From: Octopus vulgaris
Taxonomy: Eukaryota
DNA: 64,000 nt
Direction: 5' to 3'
Assembly: GCA_951406725.2 (NCBI GenBank)
Contig: OX597830.1
Location: forward strand, 19,158,001-19,222,000
Shown here: positions 52,579-64,000 of the stretch, one piece after another
Layout: each line of letters begins with the position of its first letter
How positions within the stretch are numbered: position 1 is the first letter of the stretch
Notes under the pieces: model-generated
What the model was told of the DNA's origin: nothing
Database searches by the model: none
What the model saw: only the letters and a program-made list of their open reading frames with translations
Translations under genes and position numbers: made by a program

Positions 52579-53555
52579 TATATGCATATGTATGTAGGTA
52601 AATGGATATGAATGTAAACAGATTGACATACAGATAGATAGGTACATAGGTAATATGAACAGACAAGCACACATGCATACACAAATGAAGACTGAAACAA
52701 GTGACCTTATACACACACACACTTCACTTAACACAAGGACACATAAGGAGACACACATCCATACATAACAGACATAGTACATAGTCACAAAAACCCATGC
52801 ACAGACACGCTCAGACATGCATACACAAGGAGACAGAGGTACACACACACAAACAGACACACGTGCAAACACAGGCACATGCAAACACACACACACATAT
52901 ACAAACACATATACACATGAATATAGAGAATACATACAAACGTACACACATATATACATACATACATACATACATACATACATACATACATACATACATA
53001 CATTCATACATACATATATGCATACACACATGCATGCATACACACATACATGCATACACATACATACATGCATGCATACATATATATGTGTATGCACATG
53101 CACACTGACCCATATGCATGCACACAAACAAACAAAAAAGAAAACAGCTTGGATAACGGACAGAGTCAATGACTATTGAAAAGGTTGCTAGAGGTAACGA
53201 AAATTTTAGGAAAAATAAATAAGTAAATGAGTGGAAACTGAACCAGTGAGTGTGTTAGATACTAAGGCACTAAAAGAGAATGAATCTCCCCAGACACAAC
53301 GATATATATATATATATATAATATTAGGGAATATGATTCCAAACTTACATGGGAAAATTCAATTTAGTAATACTAAATCAAATTTCACAATATATAATAC
53401 ATGTATATAAATTAGAGAAGAACCACCATGTAGCAATTCAGCAATGATCTACTTAAATCATGCCATATAGAAAAAAATTGAAGATACAATAAAAGATTTA
53501 CCTAGAACTAAATAAAATACAAAATAATAAATAAATAGTATATAATTTGTAAATA

Positions 53556-53636
53556 GACTACACATGTTTCGTGGCTATATTTTCAAACTGAAAACAGTAA
53601 AATCAATTCAATTTAAATATAGTCACTCATTAGGTC
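53556..53636 (-). ncRNA. Hammerhead motif with extended stem II (G5A mutated) in a PLE terminal fragment
   Basis: Minus: gac CTAATGA GTGACTATATTT..AAATATAGCCAC GAAAC ATGT GTA gtc. Confidence 0.65.
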
Positions 53637-53953
53637 CAAGATAAAAACAATAGAATAATTAAATAAATGTACGTATATTATTTAATAAGAAAATATAAAT
53701 ACATATAAAAATACGTAATTTAAAAAAAATCGAACAATAATCCAACAATATATCTTAAAGCAAGAACACAAAATCTTCTCTAATTTATATACTTGTATTG
53801 TATATATATACATACATACAAACATACATATATGAATATATATGTGTGTGTATGTATATATATATATACATCATATGATGATGGTGATGATAATATATAT
53901 ATATATACATACATATATACATACATACATACATACATACATACATACATACA

Positions 53954-54015
<62 letters not shown>

Positions 54016-54024
54016 CACTCTGTC

Positions 54025-54240
54025 TTTACTCTTTACTCTTTTACTTGTTTCAGTCATTTGACTGCGGCCATGCTGGAGCACTGCCTTTAGTTGATTAAAT
54101 CAACGCAGGACTTATTCTTTGTAAGCCTAGTACTTATTCTATCGGTTTTTCCCCCGAACCGCTAAGCTATGGGGACATAAACACAACTGCATTGGTTGTC
54201 AAGCGATGTTGGGGGACAAACACAGACACACACACAAACA
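54025..54240 (-). mobile_element. SINE family A 3' half
   Basis: cttgtttcagtcatttgactgcggccatgctggagcac. Confidence 0.85.
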
Positions 54241-54249
54241 TATATATAT

Positions 54250-56615
54250 TGTAACACACAATCTCATCACCAAAACATATTAACATCATCAAAACAAATT
54301 TGTCAATCATGAAACAAAGTGAAAAATTAAAAAACATAATAACTAATCAAACACTTATCTTAAGCACTAGGTAACCACATAACCTAAAGAAACTATTAAT
54401 AAGGGCAAAATTCAACATAAACAGGATAGATCATTCATAGTATCCACGTGTATTGAGAACAGACGTGGAACGTGTCAATATATGCATGCTGGTAGATCCA
54501 TTAGAACAAAAAATGGACAGATATTCACAAATGCAGATATGAATTGCAAAAGCAGAAATTTGATCTATAGCATGAAATGTTCTAATTGCAAGGAACCATA
54601 TATTAACGAGACAAGGAATACATTATTGGAATGGTCACGAGTCCACAGACAACAAATCCGGAACACTAATGTTTGACAAATTCCATCGAGAGAACATATA
54701 GAAACACGTGGTCAGAAAATGTTTCTAATTTTTAGCTTTCCGCAAACTACATGACACAAGTGAGGTTGGAAGAAAGATAAAAGAAAAACGTTTTATTAAA
54801 ATGTTCAAACCTGTTCTGAACGGAAATAGCAACAATATTATAACAACCAGTGAATGATGTGGATTAAAAAATATCTTTAACATATGAATATAAACAAATT
54901 ACAGAAGATTCCCACCAGTTGAAATAAAAATGATTGAAATCAACAAAGTTTGCTCATTCATAAAACTAGTTTGTGTAAACCACAAGCTAATTGGTTAGAA
55001 TAATATCAGTGCACCCAGCAAACGATGACGTTGAAGCTGCATGTGTATTGGTCACAATTCAGATTGTTGGAGCCTTCTAAGAGGTATAAAACGGAAGAAA
55101 TCAGTCATTTTACTACAGTTGTCAAGAACTCAACTGTCAGTTAAATACGAGGGGCGTTCAATAAGTAATGCCTCTGACCCACTTGCCTTTGTTTGATCTA
55201 GCTGATCTTGCATGTGCAATTATTGATATCTCTATAGAGTAAGTGGCGAATTACAGCTCTGAACTAATTGTGGTTTCTGATTTACAGGTGTTTGAAATGA
55301 GTCAAGTGTGAAATGGAGCCTGTTGAGTGTCGAGCAGTGATCCAGTTTTTGTATTTGAAATGACGCACACCACGGGAGACTTCTGATGAAATGAAAGTAA
55401 CTTATGGTGATGATGCCCCATCATATGACCTTGTAAAACGCTGGCATCGTGAATTCAAACATGGTCGGAACTCTGTGGAAACAGCTCCCAGATCTGGTCA
55501 ACCCCCTTCTGCCTTTGATGAGACGTCTGTCCGTCAAGTTGAGGCTGCCATTTTGGAAGATCGACGCATAACTATTCGCCAAATAGCCCATGAGGTCAAG
55601 ATTAGTATCGGGTCTGTGGAAACTATCATTCATGACCATTTGCATATGCAAAAAGGTGTCTGCCAGATGGATTTCCAGGTTGCTCACACTTTTCCAGAAG
55701 CAAGAACGCAAGAATTCCAGAAGCAAGAATTTAGGGATGTGCCAAGAAGATGAGTCAAAATTTTTCAAAAGACTGATTACACAGGATGAGACCTGGGTCC
55801 ATCACTATGATCCAGAGACCAAAGCCCAGTCAATGCAGTGGAAGCACCATGACTCACCTCCTCCAAAGAAGGCAAGGGTGCAGCCCTCCGCTGGCAAGGT
55901 CATGCTCACAGTCTTCTGGGACCAGGACGGAGTAGTGATGACAGATTTCCGGACAAAGGGTACCACAATTACAGGAGCCTATCATGTTTCACTTTTGAGG
56001 AAATTAAGAGAAGCTATCGAAACCAAGAGGCGGGGCAAGATTAGCAAAGGCATCCTCCTCCTGCAGGACAACGCTCCGATCCACAACTCGCGTGTCGCCA
56101 GATCAGAAGGACAGGCGTGCGGCTATGAACTCTTCCCCCATCCCCCTACTCTCCTGACCTTGCACCCTCTGATTTTCACCTCTTCCCAGCCATGAAGTTG
56201 TTTTTGAAAGGAAAGCGTTTCCCAGATGATGCAGCCTTGATTTCTGAAGTCACGTCGTGGTTGGAGGACCAAGCTGGGGTTTTCTACGAAAACGGTCTCC
56301 AGAACTGCATCAAACGATGGGAGAAATGCGTACCTCTGGGTTGTTCCTATGTAGAAAAAGACTAATACCTGTGCCAAGTTTCGTTGCTCTACTGCTATGG
56401 GAAGTGGGTCAGGGGCATTACTTATTGAACGCCCCTCGTACATTTTGAAATCTGATGATTACTACAAACAGATGAAAGCACTAATTGAACTTTATGAACA
56501 TTACAAAATAGTTTTTAATGCTTAACACACTTCAACATTATAAATTCTTTTTTTAAATGAATAATAAACAACATGGAAACCAGACTGTGTTTCAACTTTA
56601 GTCAACTGATATATT
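54250..56615 (+). mobile_element. PLE 3' remnant (GIY-YIG) interrupted by a mariner; hammerhead-like motif at 56449-56486
   Basis: MNCKSRNLIYSMKCSNCKEPYINET. ATTGG, TGACGT and TATAAAA at 54990-55090. Motif aat CTGATGA..GAAAGCACTA att. Confidence 0.75.
55148..56438 (+). mobile_element. Full-length mariner transposon (1291 bp), transposase pseudogenised
   Basis: TA TSD, TIR CGAGGGGCGTTCAATAAGTAATGCC. Motifs ITQDETW, LQDNAP, YSPDLAPSD. One stop plus frameshifts in 55313-56365. Confidence 0.96.
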
Positions 56616-56647
56616 TTTCTATACACATTTACACAAATTCGGAAATA

Positions 56648-57030
56648 GCATGGGTTGGTGATTTGACTGAGGACTGGTGAACCAGATGGCTGCACCAGGA
56701 TCCAATCTTGATATGGCTGAGTTTCTACAGCTGGATGCCCTTCCTAATGCCAACCACTCCGAGAGTGTAGTGGGCGCTTTTACGTGCCACAGGCACGAGG
56801 GCCAGTCAGGCGGTACTGGCAACGGCTACGCTTAAATGGTGTTTTTTTTATGTGCCACCAGCACAGGAGCCAGTCCAGCCGCACTGGCAACGACCTCGCT
56901 CGAATGTTTTTTCACGTGCCACCAGCACAAGTGCCAGTAAGGCAACACAGGTAACGATCACGCTCGAATGGTGTTTTTTACATGCCAGCAGCACGGAGGC
57001 CACCTTGTTGCTCTGGCAACGATCATGCTC
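56648..57030 (-). mobile_element. RTE-tail repeat
   Basis: gtttctacagctggatgcccttcctaatgccaaccactcc. Confidence 0.8.
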
Positions 57031-57081
<51 letters not shown>

Positions 57082-57091
57082 CATACATACA

Positions 57092-57154
<63 letters not shown>

Positions 57155-57168
<14 letters not shown>

Positions 57169-57395
57169 ATATGTTTGTGTATCTGTGTTTGTCCCCCCAA
57201 CATTACTTGACAACCGATGCTGGTGTGTTTAGGTCCCCATAACTTAGTGGTTCAGCAAAACAGACCGATAGAATAATAAGTACTAGGCTTACAAAGAATA
57301 AGTCCTGGGGTCGATTTGATTTGACTAAAGACAGTGCTCCGGCATGGCCACAGTCAAATGACTGAAACAAGCAAAAGAAAAAAGAAAAGAACAAA
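57155..57395 (+). mobile_element. SINE family A 3' half
   Basis: Matches 44815-45030. Confidence 0.85.
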
Positions 57396-57567
57396 AGACA
57401 AAATGCTACCGAGTATTTTGCCAGGCATGTTTATGATTCTGCCAGCTCACTGTCATGTGCTTATTTGATAATAATAATTGTGCAAGTACTTAATTATAAT
57501 AATAATTATCCTTTCTGCTAGAGGCACAAAGCTTTATAATTATTACATTATGTCACAACAAGGAGAA

Positions 57568-57604
<37 letters not shown>

Positions 57605-57644
57605 ATGGGATTCTTTCAGTTTATTTACCAGACCCTGTATATAT

Positions 57645-58272
57645 AATGTATGTATGCATGTATGTATGCATGTATGTATGCATGTATGTATGCATGTATG
57701 CATGTATATATGTATGTATGTATGTTTGCATGTATGTAAGTTTGTTTGTATGTATGTTTGTATGAATGTATGTGTATTTGTATTTATCTATATATGTATG
57801 TATGTATGTATATTTGTATGTATGTATGTATGTATGTATGTATGTATATTTGTATGTATGTGTGTATGTATGTATGTATGTATGTATGTGTGTGTATGTA
57901 TGTATGCATGTATATTTGTATGTATGTATGTATGTATGTATACATGTATGTATGTATGTATGTATGTATGTATGTATGTATGTATGTGTGTATGTATGTA
58001 TGTATGTATGTATATTTGTATGTATGTATGTATGTATGTATGTGTGTGTATGTATGTATGCATGTATATTTGTATGTATGTATGTATGTATACATGTATG
58101 TATGTATGTATGTATGTATGTATGTATGTATGTATGTATGTGTGTGTGTATGTATGTATGTATGTTTGTATGTATGTATGTATGTATGTATGTATGTATG
58201 TGTGTATGTATGTATGTATATTTGTATGTATGTATGTATGTATGTATGTATGTATACATGTATGTATGTATG
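57645..58272. repeat. (TATG)n microsatellite with higher-order variant pattern
   Basis: Direct reading. Confidence 0.95.
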
Positions 58273-58561
58273 TGAGTGAGTAGGACATATGGCCTAGTGG
58301 TTAGGGCGTTGTACTCACAATTACAAGATCATGTTTCAATTCTTAAACTGGGTGGAGCAAATCACTTCATCTCATGTTGCTCTGTGGTCACTTTGGTACA
58401 CCATGCCTCTGTTCAGTCCACATCGACCTGGTACAGCACATATATTTGATCATGATAAACAAATCATCTGTGATGGTCGTTCAGCAAAACCTGAACACTT
58501 CAATGAGAGAGTCCACAATGTGTGTGTGTGTATGTATATGTGTATGTGTTTGTTTGTATGT

Positions 58562-58645
<84 letters not shown>

Positions 58646-58668
58646 ACATAGATATGTATATATACACC

Positions 58669-61600
58669 TGTTGTAAAGCAGACTTTTGCCACTGTTGTAT
58701 CTATCTTATGATGACAGGTTGTCACTCTGACAGATAATTATATTCCAAAGTTGTTGATAAAACGGTTCTGTCTGGCACTGTACGACCTCCCCACCACCCC
58801 AGTCATACAGCGCTATTATCCTCAAAAGGTTGGGTCATAACATCCACTCAGTATCACAGTATGCTTACTATATCAACCCAGACATGTCTATCAACACAGT
58901 CTACATATACTTTTGACCGTTTGGCCTTCTTCACCTTCTCCTCTTGACCAGTTACTGGTCTATTTATAACGGCTGGCTGCTATCACTTTTTACCAGAGAG
59001 GAGTGTACAGTTTCACAATACAACATCTCACCTTTTAATTTTTCTATTTAACAATCAATTTGTTTTATTCACCCTACCTCCATTTTCTTTTTTATATACT
59101 CAATATCTTTTCTTCTTAGGGTCTACTTTTAGGAATTCAGTGTTCTTCCTTTTCCTTGTACATGTGGTTTCGACTTCTTGTAACAGTGTTGGAACCTAAA
59201 AAATGTCCTATAGCCAATCCATCAGTATTTCTACTCTTGTTGGTTCCTTTTCTATGACACTTTCCTTAAACTGATTTCTATGTCTCCTTTCCATTCCATT
59301 TCTGCTTCTTACACCATACATCATTATTCCTATGTGTGTTACGATTCTCCTTCCCAGTATTGCTTGCCATTTTTGTACAATCTTACATATACTTTATCCC
59401 CAATTCTAAAGAATTTTGGCATGTCTTTACTAGCACATATTTTTTCTTCACTGATAACAGTTTATCAAATACTAACTTCACCTTTCTAGCAAACATTAAT
59501 TCTGCTGGTGATCTTCCTTATGGCACATTTGGGTTCGGAGTTACCCTGTATACCCTTAAGAATTGTTGGATCATGACCTCGTCTGTGACTTCCTTATAAG
59601 CTTTCTTTAAAGCTCTCTGTACCATTCAGCCCTTCCATTCAATCTTAGGTGATACGGTGCTATTGTTTTATGTTCTAACATAAATGTCTTGCAGAATCTT
59701 TTAAACTCACAGGATACAAACTATGTTCTGTAATCAGAGACAATTATATCCAGTACACCAAATCTTGTGAACAGCTCATATAAGAAGTTTATTACTGTAT
59801 ATTAGGTGGGTTGTTTACACCTTGTGATCTCAGGCCATTTTGTGTAGCTGTCCACTACTATTAGGTAATAGGTGTTGAATTTTCATTGATAGCAATCCTT
59901 GCTTTTGTTTTTGTGCAACAGCCTAAGCCTTCCGAAAAATCTTTTGGAAAAGAAAAGTTTCATTTTTTGTTTCAGTTCATGGACCTTGTTCAGTCATTTG
60001 CTCCATTTATGTTATGGATGAATCCCATAAATTAAATTTCTCCAAATAAATTCATGGATTTTTTTCAACACATAAACATTCACTTTTTTTGGTTCGACTT
60101 TTGAACATTATATAATTTTCTTCTCATAACAACAGTACTATATTTTGCTTGAACTACATAATTTTGGTCTACCTATTTGTTCCCATGTCTTCCCATTCAT
60201 GATTATTATATCACTTCCTGTGTCAAATTGCATTCTGACACAAGCAATTTCAATTCTCACATTCATGAATTTTCTGTTTGTTGTGGTCATAACTTTTCCT
60301 GCTGACAACCTACTTATTTTTTCTTATTTTTTCCATTTTCCCATCATTCTAGTTTTGCAGTGCGATTTTATATATACTGTAAACCCACAGCAAAAGCACT
60401 TCGCTTTTTTTTATACAGACAATCCTTTTTCAGGTGTATCCCACCACATGCCATACATGGGTCTACATCCCAATATTTTTTCTGTTTTTCCTGCAACGCT
60501 TTAATTGTCTTCCAATTTTTTTGCAGTGGTCATATGTGGAAATACACTTTCCATTGAATTTCTTTCATGTCATGCCTTAGTTTTAATATCCTGTCACAAT
60601 CTTCCAAAAGTTTGTGCAATGTCAAATCCTGGTTCATTTCCAGTATTGATAGAATATCCATTCGGATTTTTGCATCCCTTCTATCTATCAATCCTTGTGC
60701 AAAACTCAAACACTTGAAAGAATCTGGAGTAAGCACATCTAACCTAAATCTCTCATGTTCTTTGTTGACTCTGCCTGTAAAAGTAGTGAAGTCTTCATCT
60801 TCGCTTCTTTCTATATTTCCATCAAGTATTAAACAGGGAGTTCTTTTCACTAAACATTTTGCACAAAATGTCAATTGTGCCAGTGAAATTTATGTTGGAA
60901 GCTTTTTTTTTTTATTGGTAATATAACATTACTATACTTCCTATACTCTGCTGCTGCTAGTTTTCTTAAAACTAGACACATTCTCATTTCGTCCATCCAA
61001 TCTTTACATTCTTTTTCAAAAGTAAGCCTTGAAGGTAGTTCCTTTTTTGGGATCGCATTTGAATTCACTAATGAAATTTGCTACATGGTCAGGTGAAAAT
61101 ATATTCCCTGGATTGGTTATCAATTTCATTAGGTGTAACATTTGCCGATGCAATCCTTGTCGTTGTTCTTGTTGTTCCTTGAGTTGTTGCTGTTGTTGTT
61201 TTTGCAATTCAACTATCCCAGCTAACAAGTCTTTTTACAATTTTCGTAAGTTTGCACATCAAGATTTTTGTTTCTTTTTTGTCAAGGTATTTAACTTTCC
61301 ACATGAATTAGTTTAAACTCTCTGAATGAATACTCTTTTTTTTTTACTCTTTTATTCGTTTCAGTCATTTGGCTGCGGCCATGCTGGAGCACCGCCTTTA
61401 GTCGAGCAGATTGACCCCGGGACTTATTCTTTGTAAGCCCAGTACTTATTCTATCGGTCTTTTTTGCCGAACCTCTAAGTGACGGGGACGTAAACACACC
61501 AGCATCGGTTGTCAAGCAATGTTAGGGGGACAAACACAGACACACACAAACACACACACATATATATATATATACACGACTGGCTTCTTTCAGTTTCCGT

Positions 61601-62010
61601 CTACCAAATCCACTTACAAGGCATTGGTCGGCCCGGGGCTATAGCAGAAGACACTTGCCCAAGATGCCATGCAGTGGGACTGAACCCGGAACCATGTGGT
61701 TGGTTAGCAAGCTACTTACCACACAGCCACTCCTATTTTTTTTTATTCCACATAAATTTGCTTTTCCTCATCGCCACTGTTGTGAAGTGTTCTTTTGCCA
61801 CTATGGCATCTATCCTTTGATGACAGATGTCACTCTGACAGATATTGTTATATTCCGAATTCGTCAATAGAATGGTTCTACCTGGCACTGTACTACCCTC
61901 AGTCGTACAGTGTTGTTATCCTCAAAAGGTTGGATCGTTATAACATCCATTCAGTATCACAGTATAATTACTATATCAGCACAGACATGACTATCAACTT
62001 TGTACGTACA
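58669..62010 (-). mobile_element. Gypsy (Mag-like) LTR retrotransposon relic, RT/RNase H deleted
   Basis: LTRs 58669-59025 and 61778-~62010 (partial). PBS TGGCGATGAGG (tRNA-Ser-like). PPT aaaaggtgaga. Gag with two zinc knuckles (CMACGGIH..C), protease FDTGS, integrase VVDSYTKWPE. Confidence 0.9.
61335..61734 (-). mobile_element. SINE family A inserted in the Gypsy leader
   Basis: Reverse complement of the family A consensus. Confidence 0.9.
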
Positions 62011-62639
62011 CATACACATACGTACTCAGTCAGAAAGAACAGTCACTAAATACCTTCAGATCTATGTCTATGCATAAAGGTTTGACCTGAAGCTAAACAA
62101 CATCCATCTAATACTTATCGACAGCCTGTACCATGTCTCTCTAACACAATAACCTCCTACACAATGTCCCACAAATATTGTGTACTCACTGCATTGTATT
62201 TCTGACACCATAAACCTTTAGAAATAAATACCTCATGAATAAAGTCAATACTGCCACCCCAACCACCCAGAAATATCTTTTTAATGTAACAGACACCATT
62301 ATTATATTTTTTTGTGTACAGTAAACTCAGTTCAACATATGATCTTATATAAAATCCCTATTACTAACTCTAACTCCTCTGGTTTAATGTAACTGCCCCA
62401 TCTCTCTGTCTCGCTCTCTTTCCCTCTTCTTCATTTATTCTTCCATAAACACATAATAGCGAGATTGATGTCAACATATTTAATATTGCATCAATTAATC
62501 AGTTACAAAGCTAATTTTAATTAACATGATAAGTATGAGAGACTATTCTAGAAACGTTTAAGTTTTCTTTAGACCTCATCAGTCAGGCATAAGCTTAAAC
62601 ATAATTACTGAACTAGTAATGAAAGTGTCACTAAATAAC

Positions 62640-63500
62640 TGTAATTCCACCCATCCATATCTTCTCTAGCCTCTGTTCCAGGGAGAGCCATTGGGGCAGA
62701 GTCCTCAGGCATCTTCCCCGTGAGGTTTTGTCAGAAGCAACTCTCATTACACTTTCTGGCTGAATTTCCAAGCATGACCAGCAGAGACTGTGAATATTAT
62801 CCAACTGTCTTGTTATTGGTCTGCTCTCAAAATCTCCTGCCAGTTGGCTCGGTTTCAAGAATCCATCTTGTGATACTTTCCTGTGACATTCTAATTGCAT
62901 GTCTATTGTACAAGAATGGTGAGCTCTCAACCCTGAGAAGTAGCAGCTCAACTTGAAGAGACTCCCTGATCTTTAAGCTTTGCCCCTTGTCGAGTAGCAT
63001 TTCTCCAGAGATCCTTTGCAGGACACCATTTTGGCCCCTGTATTCAAGATTGTACTTTTCAGTCATTACTTTTCAGTCATTTATGACCATATGTAAGGAA
63101 AGGCATGGAAACTGAACCGAAGTTTGTGAGTTTGACTTTTTTGCCAACCATTCCTCTTCTGAGGAAGAAATGCTTGGGCTAGTGCATTACTGAGTCAACA
63201 CCTGCAATTTCAGCATCCAATTTTTCCACCTGCTTCCCACCACTTATGAATACAGCCCCAAGATTCTTAAACTTGTCCAATTCTCTCAGTAATGTTCCAC
63301 TAACATGTGGAGTACACTGGAACGACTTTCTGAAGAGGACCAAATTCTCGGTCTTCATGACACTAATTCTTACACCTGCTTTGCAACACTCAGCAGTGAG
63401 TCCATTCAGTGGATTCCAAAGATCACCATCTGGTGAGCCAAATAGCACAATGTCATCTGCAAATATCAGCCAACTGATCCTTCACCCATCGATTATGATA
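62640..63500 (-). mobile_element. RTE LINE RT remnant
   Basis: FADDIVLF..GVRISVMKTE..KFKNLG..VLQRISG. Confidence 0.8.
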
Positions 63501-63519
63501 CCACTTCCACAATGGCGTA

Positions 63520-63690
63520 GGCGTAGGAGTGGCTGTGTGGTAAGTAGCTTGCTTACCAACCACATGGTTTCAGGTTCAGTCCCACTGTGTGGCACCTTGG
63601 GAAAGTGTCTTCTACAATAGCCTCAGGCCAACCAAAGCCTTGTGAGTGGATTTGGTAGACGGAAGTTGAAAGAAGCCCGTCGTATATATG

Positions 63691-63735
<45 letters not shown>

Positions 63736-63930
63736 TTGTGTGTCTGTGTTTGTCCCCCCAACATCGCTTGACAACTAATGCTGGTGTGTTTATGTCCCCG
63801 TAACTTAGCGGTTTGGCAAAAGAGACCGATAGAATAAAAATAAGTCCTTGGGTCAATTTGCTCGACTAAAGGCGGTGCTCTAGCATGGCCACAGTCAAAT
63901 GACTGAAACAAGTGAAAGAGTAAAAGAGTA
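63520..63930 (+). mobile_element. tRNA-derived SINE family A, full length
   Basis: Matches 44631-45030. Confidence 0.92.
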
Positions 63931-64000
63931 ATGGCTGCACATGTCAATCCAGTTCATAAACAATTGAGAGAAGGAGACATGACAATGCTGTGGCATCACC

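Noticed and set aside
55590-56195. Host SETMAR-like gene
   Set aside because: Lies between TIRs with a TA TSD and has a stop and frameshifts. An ordinary mariner copy with no SET domain.

Overview
Repeat-saturated eukaryotic genomic DNA with the repeat repertoire expected of a coleoid cephalopod (octopus-like; this is an inference). The only host coding sequence I can support is the first two coding exons of a minus-strand SLC7/LAT-family amino-acid transporter (14292-14370 and 12877-12978). The rest is microsatellite plus layered transposons: CR1-group and RTE LINEs, several tRNA-derived SINE families, mariner/Tc1, hAT, piggyBac and MULE MITEs, Gypsy LTR relics, a non-autonomous LTR element nested in a Tc1, and many Penelope-like element (PLE) pieces embedded in (TA)n tracts. 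The PLE termini carry about ten type-I hammerhead ribozyme (HHR) motifs, including U3-A8 covariant cores and very long stem II forms. The most interesting signal is two unrelated repeat families (33.1-34.0 kb, two copies; 36.3 kb) whose HHR core segments occur in the order NUH, GAAA, CUGANGA. That order is a non-circular, pseudoknotted permutation, and both families add an extra helix at the same place. Most ORFs in the supplied track are microsatellite artefacts. All structures were read by eye, and repeat boundaries without TSDs are approximate.
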